DNA of 48,425 nucleotides from an uncultured Ignavibacteriaceae bacterium (GTDB lineage Bacteria > Bacteroidota > Ignavibacteria > Tepidaquicellales > Tepidaquicellaceae): positions 1 to 48,425 of the forward strand of contig CAYWMV010000003.1 in NCBI GenBank assembly GCA_964459055.1, in the 5' to 3' direction. Numbering within the stretch: position 1 is the first letter of the stretch; the number at the start of each line of letters is the position of its first letter. The notes beneath the pieces were generated by a model, which made no database searches, was not told the origin of the DNA, and saw only the letters and a program-made list of their open reading frames with translations. Shown here piece after piece: positions 9,185-19,150 of the stretch. The position numbers were made by a program, and so were the translations under genes.

Positions 9185-9192
9185 CAAAATTA
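9185..9192 (-). promoter_or_regulatory. candidate Bacteroidota-type -7 box TAATTTTG for the SGNH/polyprenyl synthase/ptsH/peptidase operon
   Basis: The plus strand reads caaaatta, 31 nt upstream of the preferred ATG at 9154. I found no -33 TTG at the expected spacing. Confidence 0.4.
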
Positions 9193-9609
9193 GTCAATAT
9201 ATAACTCTAAATAAATACAGAATATGTTATTATAATGTAAAACAAGACTATAAAAGTTTTTATCCTATTTATCCGGAGAAAAATATTATCTTTTTTAAAT
9301 TTACACCATAGAACGACACACCGTATTAATTGCTCCATAAGGGTATTAATATTAGACGTTTTGTTTTTAATTTCTGCGTAAAACAGCAAGGAAATTAAGA
9401 TTTGTGAATTTCAAGTGCATTATTCGTTTTAACACTTAAGTCACTAAAATTTACATGGAATCAGAAAAAAATTTTAAATGATATTTTTTTTGCGCCTTTG
9501 CCTCTTGGCGCCTTTGCGAGAAATACGTACTGTTTGATTCCGGCTTTTCCGGGTTAAGAATATACAGTTATAATTCAATTACTGCCTAAAAAAATAAATC
9601 TGAATTTTG

Positions 9610-9617
9610 TATATTTG
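9610..9617 (+). promoter_or_regulatory. candidate -7 box TATATTTG for the SGNH-SGNH-MBOAT operon
   Basis: It matches TAnnTTTG 26 nt upstream of the GTG start at 9644. There is no clear -33 element. Confidence 0.4.
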
Positions 9618-9643
9618 TAAGTTTTATAAATTTATTACGAATC

Positions 9644-10354
9644 GTGAAAGGAAAATTTTTAATACCGTTTGTAGCATCTTTTCTCATATTAACACCGCTG
9701 TTTTATTTTGTTGATTACAATTATTCAACACTACAGGGAAGTTCTTTGAACAATAACGTTTCATCCGTGATTAATTCCGTTTCGGACGAAACCGAAGTTA
9801 AAAAAGAAATTAAGCCCGATACAACATCGCAGACAATTTTACTTGCCGGTGATTCAATGGCGGACGGAATTAAAATATTCCTTTCTAAATACGCCGGATA
9901 TAACGGACACAAACTTGTCGGCGGCGGCTGGACAAGTTCTACAACTGGTTCCTGGAGCGAAAAGAAAAAACTCAAATCACTCATCGAAAAATTCAATCCG
10001 ACGTATATTATAATGGTGCTGGGTTCAAATGAACTCTTTTCGGTTGACCTTGACAAAAGAGAAAAATATGTGAGAGATATTATTGAACAGGCGGGGGATG
10101 TTAATACAGTGTGGATTGGTCCTCCGAACTGGAGTGAAGATAAAGGCTTCAATGATATGCTCAAAAGTGTTCTCGGTGAAAAAAAATTCTATCCTTCGAA
10201 GGAAATATTTCTGCAAGACCCGCTTATGAACAAAAGAGGACCCGATAAACGCCATCCGAATATGGAGGGCTACAGTATCTGGACGGATAATCTAACCGAT
10301 TGGATAATGAACAACAGCGACTACCCGATAAAACTGGAAAAACCTGCTCAATGA
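9644..10354 (+). CDS. SGNH/GDSL-fold hydrolase or acyltransferase (secreted)
   Basis: 236 aa with a GTG start and a signal/anchor. Blocks are LLAGDSMADG, VLGSNE and DKRHP (DxxH). Confidence 0.75.
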   Translation: MKGKFLIPFVASFLILTPLFYFVDYNYSTLQGSSLNNNVSSVINSVSDETEVKKEIKPDTTSQTILLAGDSMADGIKIFLSKYAGYNGHKLVGGGWTSSTTGSWSEKKKLKSLIEKFNPTYIIMVLGSNELFSVDLDKREKYVRDIIEQAGDVNTVWIGPPNWSEDKGFNDMLKSVLGEKKFYPSKEIFLQDPLMNKRGPDKRHPNMEGYSIWTDNLTDWIMNNSDYPIKLEKPAQ

Positions 10355-10361
10355 GGAAAAT

Positions 10362-11786
10362 TTGAAAAAATCTTTTTACCTTATTTCTTTTATTGCCGTA
10401 TTCTCAATTATTATTTCCCTGTTTATTCCTGAATTATATATTTCCGGAATTGAAATTAAAAAGTTAAATCTTCTTTCCGATATTATTCCTGCGTTCTGCT
10501 CCTCTGACGAAGATATCTCGTCAAGTGAAGAAAATCTTAAAAATCTTCAGATGTTTCTTTCTGATTTACCCGGTGATGAAAATGATACCGCTTTTTCTGA
10601 AAGTAACAGAAGAAATTTTTTGGAGTATTACGGGTTTGATTCTTCCGATTTTCTCGTAAATTTTTTCGAATCACTCAAACGCACGGAACGCGATGGGACG
10701 AAGACAAGAATTGCTTTTCTTGGCGATTCAATGATTGAGGGTGATTTAATATCACAAACACTACGTTATAAACTGCAGAATAAATTCGGAGGAAAGGGAA
10801 TCGGTTATATCCCGGTTACTGCAATTTCACCGGGATTCAGGAAGACCATAATACACGTGTTCTCAAAAAACTGGCGCACATACTCTCTTATGAACGCAAC
10901 TTATGACGGCAGACTTGGTTTATCGGGATTCGTATTTCATCCTCAGACCGTTAATAAAAATCAACTCGCAGATTCAACTCAGACATCAAATTTAAGCTGG
11001 GTGTATTTCAGACCCCCCGAAGAAGGTTATGAAAATGTTAAAGAGTTTCAGACGGTCAAATTGTATTACCGTGCAACCGACGAAATAAATTATGTCAGCA
11101 TTGCGGGCAATACAAACAGATATTTTAGCCTCAGCGGAAAAGACACCGTAAATGAATTAATACTGAATGATTCTGTTCCGGTTAACGAACTGAAATTGTA
11201 TTTTAATGCCGCAACTCAAACCGATATTTTTGGTTTAAGTTTTGAAAGTTCGGCGGGAATTTTTGTCGATAATTACGCAATGAGAGGAAACTCGGGAGTA
11301 AAAATTGTCAATCTTAACAAAGAAATTCTGACGGCGCAGAACAGATTAATGAATTACAGTCTCATTATTCTTCAGTACGGTCTGAACGTTACTACCCCCG
11401 AATCGCGCGACCTTGAATGGTATAAGAATGAAATGATTAACAGCGTAAATCATTTAAAGGAGTGTTTTCCCCGGGCAGATATTATAATAACAAGTGTAAG
11501 CGATAAGTGTTATAAGAAGAACGGTTACTTCACCACAGAACCAAGTATTCCGCTGCTCGTGAAAGTTCAGCAGGAGGTAGCAAAACAGTGCGGTGTAATT
11601 TTCTGGAATTTATTTGAAACAATGGGAGGAAAAAATTCTATGGTTAAATGGGTTAAAGCAAATCCTCCGCTTGCAAATAAAGATTTCACTCATTTTAATT
11701 TTGAAGGTGCGGAAAAAATCGGTACCTTCTTTTACAGACAGTTAATGCAGCAATATATAAATTACAGAAGCAGAAACAATAATTGA
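10362..11786 (+). CDS. membrane-anchored SGNH-fold protein, probable acyl-transfer partner of the downstream MBOAT (AlgX/AlgJ/PatB-like role)
   Basis: 474 aa with a TTG start after GAGGA. It has an N-terminal TM helix and an acidic linker, then IAFLGDSMIEGD (block I) and KDFTHFN (DxxH). Its TGA stop overlaps the TTG start of the MBOAT gene. Confidence 0.68.
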   Translation: MKKSFYLISFIAVFSIIISLFIPELYISGIEIKKLNLLSDIIPAFCSSDEDISSSEENLKNLQMFLSDLPGDENDTAFSESNRRNFLEYYGFDSSDFLVNFFESLKRTERDGTKTRIAFLGDSMIEGDLISQTLRYKLQNKFGGKGIGYIPVTAISPGFRKTIIHVFSKNWRTYSLMNATYDGRLGLSGFVFHPQTVNKNQLADSTQTSNLSWVYFRPPEEGYENVKEFQTVKLYYRATDEINYVSIAGNTNRYFSLSGKDTVNELILNDSVPVNELKLYFNAATQTDIFGLSFESSAGIFVDNYAMRGNSGVKIVNLNKEILTAQNRLMNYSLIILQYGLNVTTPESRDLEWYKNEMINSVNHLKECFPRADIIITSVSDKCYKKNGYFTTEPSIPLLVKVQQEVAKQCGVIFWNLFETMGGKNSMVKWVKANPPLANKDFTHFNFEGAEKIGTFFYRQLMQQYINYRSRNNN

Positions 11787-13294
11787 AGTTACCTGACATT
11801 AATTACATAATTAATTTACTCGTTTACAACCCTGAAGAACCTGCCGTTTTCATCAGCGGATTTTTTCTGTGGTTTTTTGTAATATTTGTTTTATTTTATT
11901 CGGCATTTTCACGAACCCGCATTTTACGGCTGATTGTTATTGTTTTATTTTCCTTTTATTTTTATTACAAAACCGGCGGTGATTTTATTATGCTCGTTTT
12001 CACTGCTTCCCTGCTGGAATATTTTCTTTCTCTGGGGGTTCATAAATCAGAAAAAAAATGGCTGAGAGGGGGCTTATTTATTCTGATATTATTAATTAAT
12101 TTAGGCGTTCTGATTTATTTTAAATATACGAATTTTTTTATTGGTATATTCAATAGTATTTCAGGAAATAATTTTACTTTATCCGATATTACTATACCGA
12201 TAGGAATATCGTTTTTCACTTTTCAAAAACTGGGTTATTCAATTGATATATTTCGTAAAAACGGAGTACCTGCGAAAAACATCGCAGAGTTTTTTACATT
12301 TGTTTCTTTCTTTCCGACAATACAGTCGGGACCGATTTTAAGGGCAAATCACTTTCTGCCTCAGTTGCAGAAAAACGAATTGCTCGTATCAAATGAAGAT
12401 ATTGGAAAGGCGGTATTTCTTATTATCTCGGGCTTAATAAAAAAAATTGTTATATCAGATTATATCAGTCTTAATTTTGTTGACAGGGTTTTTGAAAATC
12501 CGGCGCTGTATTCGGGATTTGAAAATCTTACCGCTGTTTATGGATATACTTTGCAGATATACTGCGATTTTTCCGGTTATACTGATATAGCTATAGGACT
12601 GGGCTTACTAATAGGATTAAAAATACCGGCGAATTTCAATGCACCCTATAAATCTCTCAGTATAAAAGAGTTCTGGCAGCGCTGGCATATTTCGCTTTCT
12701 TTCTGGCTGCGTGATTACCTGTTTCTGCCGATCGCATATAAAATTACACGTATTTTAAAAAATAAAAAATTTTTAAAATTAAAATCCGAAACGTGGAGTT
12801 ATCATATTTCCATTCTTCTTACAATGCTCGTGTGCGGAATGTGGCACGGTGCAAACTGGACTTTTATTGTCTGGGGTGTTCTACATGGGGCGGGACTGTC
12901 TGTTGAAAGAATTATAAAGTCCCGGTTAAAATTTAAATCGAACTTTTTTTCCAAAGCAATCGGCGGATTTATTACTTTTAATTTTGTGGCATTCGCCTGG
13001 CTGCTTTTCAGAGTAAACGAATTTTCAACAGCATCGGTAATTATTAATCAGATTACCGGCTCTTTTAATGTTTCTGTAATTCCGGAAATTCTCTTTGGCT
13101 ATAAGGAGGTGTTCTTAATAATTTTTACAGGATATGTTCTGCATTTTATTCCCGAAAAAACAGTATCGTTTACGGAAAACCTTGTCATCCGGTCACCCCT
13201 TATTTTTAAAGCCCTTTATTTTTTAATTGCACTCTGGCTTATTGTTCAGATAAAATCGGCAGATGTTCAGCCGTTTATTTATTTTAATTTTTGA
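11783..13294 (+). CDS. MBOAT-family membrane O-acyltransferase (AlgI/DltB/PatA-like)
   Basis: 503 aa and polytopic. It has the WQRWHISLSFWLRDYLFLP motif and the conserved His region CGMWHGANW. Confidence 0.9.
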   Translation: MKLPDINYIINLLVYNPEEPAVFISGFFLWFFVIFVLFYSAFSRTRILRLIVIVLFSFYFYYKTGGDFIMLVFTASLLEYFLSLGVHKSEKKWLRGGLFILILLINLGVLIYFKYTNFFIGIFNSISGNNFTLSDITIPIGISFFTFQKLGYSIDIFRKNGVPAKNIAEFFTFVSFFPTIQSGPILRANHFLPQLQKNELLVSNEDIGKAVFLIISGLIKKIVISDYISLNFVDRVFENPALYSGFENLTAVYGYTLQIYCDFSGYTDIAIGLGLLIGLKIPANFNAPYKSLSIKEFWQRWHISLSFWLRDYLFLPIAYKITRILKNKKFLKLKSETWSYHISILLTMLVCGMWHGANWTFIVWGVLHGAGLSVERIIKSRLKFKSNFFSKAIGGFITFNFVAFAWLLFRVNEFSTASVIINQITGSFNVSVIPEILFGYKEVFLIIFTGYVLHFIPEKTVSFTENLVIRSPLIFKALYFLIALWLIVQIKSADVQPFIYFNF

Positions 13295-13357
13295 GTTTAA
13301 AGTTATTCTCATTTATTTTAAATTAAACTAATTTTTTTAAAACTTTAAGGAGATAAA

Positions 13358-14716
13358 ATGAAAAAACTCTTTACAATGTTGTTCTCTATCCTGCTCGTAG
13401 TAAGTTTTGCATACGGGCAGAATCAATGGACTCTGGTTTCTACATTTCCTACACCGAATCCACCGGCAAACTCACTCTCGGTCGTTAATTCAACTACTAT
13501 GTGGGTGGTTTGTACGGCAACAGGCGGTGCAGCACGCGTTTATAAAACTACTAACGCCGGTTTAAACTGGACTCTTGCTAACGGCGGACTTTCTTCACAG
13601 GACCTTTATGGTGTTAGTGCCCTGGACGCCTCCAATTGCTGGATTGGAACAGTCGGCGGAAGTATATACCGTACTTCAAACGGCGGTGCGAACTGGACAC
13701 TCCAACTTGCTGTTTCGGGAAGTTTCATTAACGGTATTAAAATGTTTAATCCGAATTACGGCGTTTATATCGGAGACCCGACCGGTTCAGGACAGCCGTA
13801 TCAGTTCAGATATACAACCAACGGCGGAACAAACTGGACTCTCTCACCGTCCGCTCCGATTGCCGGAAGTGAATGGGGCGTAATTAACGCATGGGACTGG
13901 ACAGATTCACTTCATTTCTGGACAGGTTCGGTTAATACAGTTCCTAATTCAACTACTACAAAAATTTATTATACTTCAACAGGTTTCCCGGGTACCTGGC
14001 AAAATACTCTCGTTACAGGTACAGGCGGCACACAGGGATTATATTATCAGGCGGTCGCCTTCGTTGATAATAATAACGGACTTATTGGTTCAAGCGGAAG
14101 CAATATTATTAAAACTACAAACGGCGGGTTGACATTTTCAAACGTAACTGCTCCTCCGATTCTTGGAAGTTCTTTCGCCGTGATGAATATGACTTCCGTT
14201 AAATCGGCAGGTATTATAAGAATGGCTGTTGATACAGGCGGCGGTACAATTCTTATGAGAACTTCAAATCTCGGTACCAGTTGGATTCAGGAAACTCTTC
14301 CTTTATCTGCAGCGGTCAATATTGTAGCCGATATGGAATTTTTAAATGAAAATCTCGGATTTGCAGTTCTTGGTTCTTCAACTGTTCCGCTTGGCGGCTT
14401 CCTCAAATACGGACCCGCAAGCAGTATTAATCCGATTAACTCCGAAGTACCGGATGGATTCAAACTTGAACAGAATTATCCGAATCCGTTCAACCCCGGA
14501 ACAACTATTAAATTCTCTATTCCGAAAGCACAATACGTAACACTTAAAGTATATGACGCTCTCGGAAAAGAACTTGATGTTCTGGTAAGTGAATTTATGG
14601 GTACCGGTAATTACTCCGTTTTCTATGATGCGGCAAAACTTCCCTCCGGAGTATATTTCTATAAGTTAACAACCGATTCTTATTCAGACATCAAGAAAAT
14701 GATGCTCGTGAAATAA
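13358..14716 (+). CDS. secreted BNR/Asp-box beta-propeller protein with T9SS C-terminal sorting domain
   Basis: It has a signal peptide and repeated T/SNGGxNWT motifs (TNAGLNWT, SNGGANWT, TNGGTNWT, TNGGLTFS). The C-terminus is EQNYPNPFNPGTTIKFSIP...GVYFYKL...KKMMLVK. A strong AAGGAG lies 6 nt upstream of the ATG. Confidence 0.82.
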   Translation: MKKLFTMLFSILLVVSFAYGQNQWTLVSTFPTPNPPANSLSVVNSTTMWVVCTATGGAARVYKTTNAGLNWTLANGGLSSQDLYGVSALDASNCWIGTVGGSIYRTSNGGANWTLQLAVSGSFINGIKMFNPNYGVYIGDPTGSGQPYQFRYTTNGGTNWTLSPSAPIAGSEWGVINAWDWTDSLHFWTGSVNTVPNSTTTKIYYTSTGFPGTWQNTLVTGTGGTQGLYYQAVAFVDNNNGLIGSSGSNIIKTTNGGLTFSNVTAPPILGSSFAVMNMTSVKSAGIIRMAVDTGGGTILMRTSNLGTSWIQETLPLSAAVNIVADMEFLNENLGFAVLGSSTVPLGGFLKYGPASSINPINSEVPDGFKLEQNYPNPFNPGTTIKFSIPKAQYVTLKVYDALGKELDVLVSEFMGTGNYSVFYDAAKLPSGVYFYKLTTDSYSDIKKMMLVK

Positions 14717-14757
14717 GGAGGTCTGTTTTCACCAAACAATTAAATTGTTTATAAAAA

Positions 14758-14784
14758 AGCCCGTTTCAATAAATGAAACGGGCT
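14758..14784. terminator. bidirectional intrinsic terminator between convergent genes
   Basis: Perfect 11-bp stem agcccgtttca/tgaaacgggct with loop ataaa. It has an A-run on the left and a T-rich right flank. Confidence 0.82.
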
Positions 14785-14848
14785 TTCTAAATTAAATTCT
14801 AATAAGTCCGGCAAAATTTATCTGGAATATTTTATATTATAATGTAAT

Positions 14849-15865
14849 TTATTTTTCCTCAATACTGCCGTCTCTGTGTTTCGCAAATCTGCCTTTTTCT
14901 TGTGGATGAACATTATCGGGGCGTTCCCAATGCCACCCGCCGAATTGCGTTCTGCGGTAATCAGAAAATGCCTGTCTTATTTCATCCTCTGTATTCATAA
15001 CAAACGGACCGTATTGAACAACAGGTTCTTTAATTGGTTTGCCTTGCAGTAAAAGTAAATAACCGTCTGTATCACCGTTAATAATTACAACATCTTCGTT
15101 ACTTTTTAATTTAACTGCATTATAATTTTTAACTTCCGTATTTTCAATAAATATAGACGATCCTCTGTAAAAATACAGACTTCTTTCAATATCTTTTTCT
15201 GTTCCCGGTAAAGTCCACTCCGCACCCACATCCATTTTGACGGTTAAAATCAATACTTTGTTTTCTTCCTCTGCCGCCCAGGAATCTGGTGCCGGGGCAG
15301 GTGCAACTTTGTCACCCAGAGCACCGGCAATTACATTTGCTGTTGTAAGTTTTCCGTTTTTGTCTCGTGATTTGTAAACAGAAATATCTTCAGACCAGAG
15401 CATTTTAAAATGCGGCTCCGCAAATTTTCTTTTGCTGGGAAGGTTTATCCATACCTGAAACAGTTCGAGAGGATTTTTTTCGTTTTGCTTTAAAAGCGGA
15501 AACATTTCGCTGTGCTGAAGTCCCGAACCTGCCGTCATCCACTGTACATCTCCTTCTCCGTATCTGCCCGCCTGTCCGTGTGAATCGGAATGGTCAACAA
15601 AACCTTCAAGTACAATGGTCACTGTTTCAAATCCTCTGTGCGGGTGAACCGGAAAGCCGGGTATAGTATCGCCGTGATACATCCGCCATCCGTCTTTAAT
15701 GGTAAAATCCTGTCCCAGGTTTCTGCCCGAGAGAGAGACCGCAGGTCCCATTTCTTCATTACCTTCGGGATAATTGTCAAGATGATGGGCGCAAAACAAA
15801 AACGGGTCGCCTACGGGATATAAAAACCCCAGTGATTGTATGCTTATAATTGAATTGTTTTTCAT
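14849..15865 (-). CDS. pirin family protein
   Basis: It has HPHRGFETVTIVLEGFVDHSDS and GDVQWMTAGSGLQHSE, the classic pirin cupin motifs. Confidence 0.92.
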   Translation of the reverse strand: MKNNSIISIQSLGFLYPVGDPFLFCAHHLDNYPEGNEEMGPAVSLSGRNLGQDFTIKDGWRMYHGDTIPGFPVHPHRGFETVTIVLEGFVDHSDSHGQAGRYGEGDVQWMTAGSGLQHSEMFPLLKQNEKNPLELFQVWINLPSKRKFAEPHFKMLWSEDISVYKSRDKNGKLTTANVIAGALGDKVAPAPAPDSWAAEEENKVLILTVKMDVGAEWTLPGTEKDIERSLYFYRGSSIFIENTEVKNYNAVKLKSNEDVVIINGDTDGYLLLLQGKPIKEPVVQYGPFVMNTEDEIRQAFSDYRRTQFGGWHWERPDNVHPQEKGRFAKHRDGSIEEK

Positions 15866-15881
15866 ATTAAAGTTATTTTAT

Positions 15882-15943
15882 AAAAAAATTCCTCATCTTG
15901 TGAACAGTTTCAAATATCTGAAAATTGTTTTCCGGATGAGGAA
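15882..15943 (-). terminator. possible terminator after the yidB-like gene (large-loop hairpin)
   Basis: 9-bp stem ttcctcatc/gatgaggaa enclosing 37 nt, followed on the minus strand by a T7 run. Confidence 0.4.
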
Positions 15944-15968
15944 AATTTGATTTGAAATTTCTATTTAA

Positions 15969-16409
15969 TTATTCTTTTTTCCCGAACAATCCGCCTAATA
16001 AATCACCAATTTTTCCAAGGTCAATGCCTTCTTCGGTTGTATCGGGTAATTTTCCGTCGGGTGTAACTTTGTCAATTGCTTTTGGAAGTATATCAGATAA
16101 TTGCCCTGTTAGTTCTTCCTTGTTCATACCGGTTTTGTTTGCCATTTCCTGTATGCCGTCTTCGCCGAAAACATCTTTTACCTGTTCAGGAGAAACAGGG
16201 GCATTGTCGCCTTTTCCTATCCAGGAAGAAACAACATCTCCTAATCCGTTTTCCGTAAATTTTTTAACTAATTCCCCTAATCCGGCTCCCCCCTGACCGC
16301 CGATTAAGCCCGTTATTATTGACATTAAGTCGAGTTTTCCGCTTCCTTCACTGCTGCTGCCCTCGCCGCTGCCGCCGAGAACCGATTTTAAAATATTGCC
16401 TAAATCCAT
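15969..16409 (-). CDS. YidB/DUF937 family protein
   Basis: 146 aa and Gly-rich. GLGDVVSSWIGKGDNAPVSPEQV...LSDILPKAIDKVTPDGKLP matches the DUF937 pattern. Confidence 0.8.
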   Translation of the reverse strand: MDLGNILKSVLGGSGEGSSSEGSGKLDLMSIITGLIGGQGGAGLGELVKKFTENGLGDVVSSWIGKGDNAPVSPEQVKDVFGEDGIQEMANKTGMNKEELTGQLSDILPKAIDKVTPDGKLPDTTEEGIDLGKIGDLLGGLFGKKE

Positions 16410-16671
16410 TTTTTACCTCTTTTTTAAATTTTATTGGAATTATTTATAATGTAATAATAATTACTGAAATTAAAAACTAAATAATTAATATTTTCCAGTA
16501 ATACTTTTTATCTCGCTGTTTATTAATTGATATTTGCTGATAAATTCATTTCATGGTGATTTTGCCGTTATTATTTTCTATTTCCACCCGAACTTCTGAC
16601 AATTAAAATTTGACCTTGTTTTGTAACTTTTCTACCTTTTTATACGTCTAAAATAATATAAAAAGTGTTAT

Positions 16672-19062
16672 ATGAAATTTATTTACATATTTTTTCTGTT
16701 TCTTTGCTGTTTATTTTACACTTATTCATTTTCACAGGATAATGAAAGTGGAATAATAATCTCTGTTTCAGATACAACAAAAATTATTATACCCTCCGAT
16801 TCAACCGCAATAAAGGATACGTCGTCTGTATCATTTATCCCAAATGAAAATCCCGAAGTTACTATTACCAAAATTCCAAACGACAAAATTCAAATAGATG
16901 GTGAACTTAACGAAGAAGAATGGAAAGATGCTGTGAAAATTACAAATTTTTGCGAAGTTGACCCGGGTGATAATGTTAAACCTCCTGTAAATACCGATGT
17001 GCTTATATGCTATGATGAAGATAATCTTTACTTTGGTTTTATCTGCTATGAAGATAATATTGACGAAATCAGAAAAACATTGACACGCCGCGATGCAATG
17101 TATAGTGATGATTTCGCGGATGTACTGATTGATACATACGGAGAAGGCAAACAGGCTTATGAATTTGTTGTAAATCCGCTCGGCATACAGGGTGACCTTT
17201 TATGGACAAATCCGGGCAATGAAGATGATAGTTATGACGCCGTTTGGTATTCGGAAGCAAAAATAAAAAATGACAGGTGGATTGCGGAATTTTCTATACC
17301 TTTCAAGAGTATCAGGTTTCCCGATAAAAATATTCATCAATGGAAAATTCATTTTATTAGAAACAGACCCCGTGAAAACAGACGGCAGTTCAGTTGGGCA
17401 GCAATTTCAAGAGATGCCCCTACTTTATTCACTAAAAGCGGTACTCTGAAAGGAATAGAAAATGTAAAGTCGGGAAAAAATCTTGAAATTCTTCCTTCGA
17501 TTGTCAGTTCTCAGTCGGGTACTATTTCCGATTTTTCCAATGCAAACTCCAATTTTGTTAATGATAAAATTAAAGGAGATTTTGGATTAAATATAAAATA
17601 CGGAATTTCATCAACTCTTACAGCAGATATCACTTATAATCCCGATTTTTCACAGATTGAAGCAGATGCAGGGATTATTAACGTTAATAATCCGTATGCG
17701 TACTTTTATACCGAAAAAAGACCTTTCTTTATTGAGGGGGCAAATATTTTCAGTACAGCTTTTAATGTTGTTTATACACGAACAATTAATAATCCGCTAA
17801 TTGCTTCAAAACTTACCGGAAAAATAGGGAAATTTGATGTAGGCTACCTCGTTGCATACGACCAGAAAACTCCGTTTATTATTCCTTTTGAATATAACAG
17901 TGATTATTTAAGTACAGACAGAAAATCCCTCTCGAATATTTTAAGAATGAAATACACCATTAAGGATGAAACATATTTAGGATTTATTTTCACAGACCGG
18001 GAAGTAAATAAACACGGAAATCATTTTCTGAATGTGGACGGTTTTAACAGGGTTTTTGGGCTCGACGGAAACTTTAAAATCGGTGAAAATTATTTTCTTG
18101 ATTTTCAGGCACTTTATTATGCATCGAAAGAAATAACTGAACCGTCATATAACAGAACCGGAACTTTTAACAACGGCAAATATACAAAAGCCCTCGACGG
18201 TGAATCTTTCTCGGGATTCGGAACTCATCTAAAATTACTTAGAAGTGCTAAACATTTAAATTTTGAACTGGCTTATATTGATGCTTCTCCGGAAGCAAGA
18301 AGAGATAATGGATATATGTCCTACAATAATTACAGGGCGGTCTCTCTTTGGTCGGGATATATGTTCTATCCCGAAACGGATTTTCTGAAAAGGATTCAAT
18401 TGAGTTCTTATGGTGTAGTAAGACATACTTACGACGGCAAGTTGAGAGAACTTTTTTTCCAGCCGGAAATTTATGTCAGACTTAAACATCAGTTATCCGC
18501 TTCTGCAGGATTTTATCTTGTTAACAATGAAAAATTCAATGATGTATATCACGAAGGCGCAAGAAGAGTATATCTGAATTTTAATGCAAATACTTTTAGT
18601 TTTTTGACCGGCGGGTTATATGCAACAATGGGAAAATATATTATCAGATCTCAGAATTCATTTGTAGGATACGGCGGAGAACTCGATTTTTGGCTCACTG
18701 TAAAACCTTTTGAAAATTTGATTCTTTCTCCCGAATATATTTATTTTGAACTTGCAAAAAGTTACGGAGGGGAAAAATTATTTACAGGGTATATTCTAAG
18801 AAATACTCTTAATTATCAGATATTAAAAGACCTTTCCCTGAGGGTAATAACGGAATATAGTTCTGCCAATAAATATTTTTATGTCAACCCGCTCGTAAGT
18901 TACAGACCTAATCCTTTTACTATATTTTATTTCGGATTCACCCACCAGTACGACAATCTCGGTCTTTTACCCTCAGACCCCAATTATTATCAGAATACCT
19001 CTAAATATGTTCTCAGCAATCGTCAGTTCTTTCTCAAATGCCAGTATCTCTTCCGCCTTTAA
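16672..19062 (+). CDS. DUF5916-like outer-membrane protein with N-terminal CBM9-like domain (paralog 1)
   Basis: 796 aa with a signal peptide. It has an IDGELNEEEWKDA-type N-domain and a long beta-rich C-terminus ending QYLFRL. The family call is from memory of carbohydrate-binding family 9/DUF5916 proteins of Bacteroidota. Confidence 0.65.
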   Translation: MKFIYIFFLFLCCLFYTYSFSQDNESGIIISVSDTTKIIIPSDSTAIKDTSSVSFIPNENPEVTITKIPNDKIQIDGELNEEEWKDAVKITNFCEVDPGDNVKPPVNTDVLICYDEDNLYFGFICYEDNIDEIRKTLTRRDAMYSDDFADVLIDTYGEGKQAYEFVVNPLGIQGDLLWTNPGNEDDSYDAVWYSEAKIKNDRWIAEFSIPFKSIRFPDKNIHQWKIHFIRNRPRENRRQFSWAAISRDAPTLFTKSGTLKGIENVKSGKNLEILPSIVSSQSGTISDFSNANSNFVNDKIKGDFGLNIKYGISSTLTADITYNPDFSQIEADAGIINVNNPYAYFYTEKRPFFIEGANIFSTAFNVVYTRTINNPLIASKLTGKIGKFDVGYLVAYDQKTPFIIPFEYNSDYLSTDRKSLSNILRMKYTIKDETYLGFIFTDREVNKHGNHFLNVDGFNRVFGLDGNFKIGENYFLDFQALYYASKEITEPSYNRTGTFNNGKYTKALDGESFSGFGTHLKLLRSAKHLNFELAYIDASPEARRDNGYMSYNNYRAVSLWSGYMFYPETDFLKRIQLSSYGVVRHTYDGKLRELFFQPEIYVRLKHQLSASAGFYLVNNEKFNDVYHEGARRVYLNFNANTFSFLTGGLYATMGKYIIRSQNSFVGYGGELDFWLTVKPFENLILSPEYIYFELAKSYGGEKLFTGYILRNTLNYQILKDLSLRVITEYSSANKYFYVNPLVSYRPNPFTIFYFGFTHQYDNLGLLPSDPNYYQNTSKYVLSNRQFFLKCQYLFRL

Positions 19063-19150
19063 GTAAAAAGTTCCTAAAGTTAAAAAAATATCACTCCTGT
19101 TTTTATCTCCGCGTCAGTTGCGTCTCTTCGGTTATATTTTAATTAAAAAG

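Noticed and set aside
9721-10255. Minus-strand ORFs 9721-10164 and 10025-10255 inside the SGNH gene
   Set aside because: They are antisense to a gene with all SGNH blocks, and they have no motifs or plausible start context.
15952-16296. 114-aa and 60-aa plus-strand ORFs overlapping the yidB-like gene
   Set aside because: The minus-strand frame gives a clear DUF937 match. The plus-strand frames are Pro/Ser-rich mirror artefacts of the Gly-rich gene.
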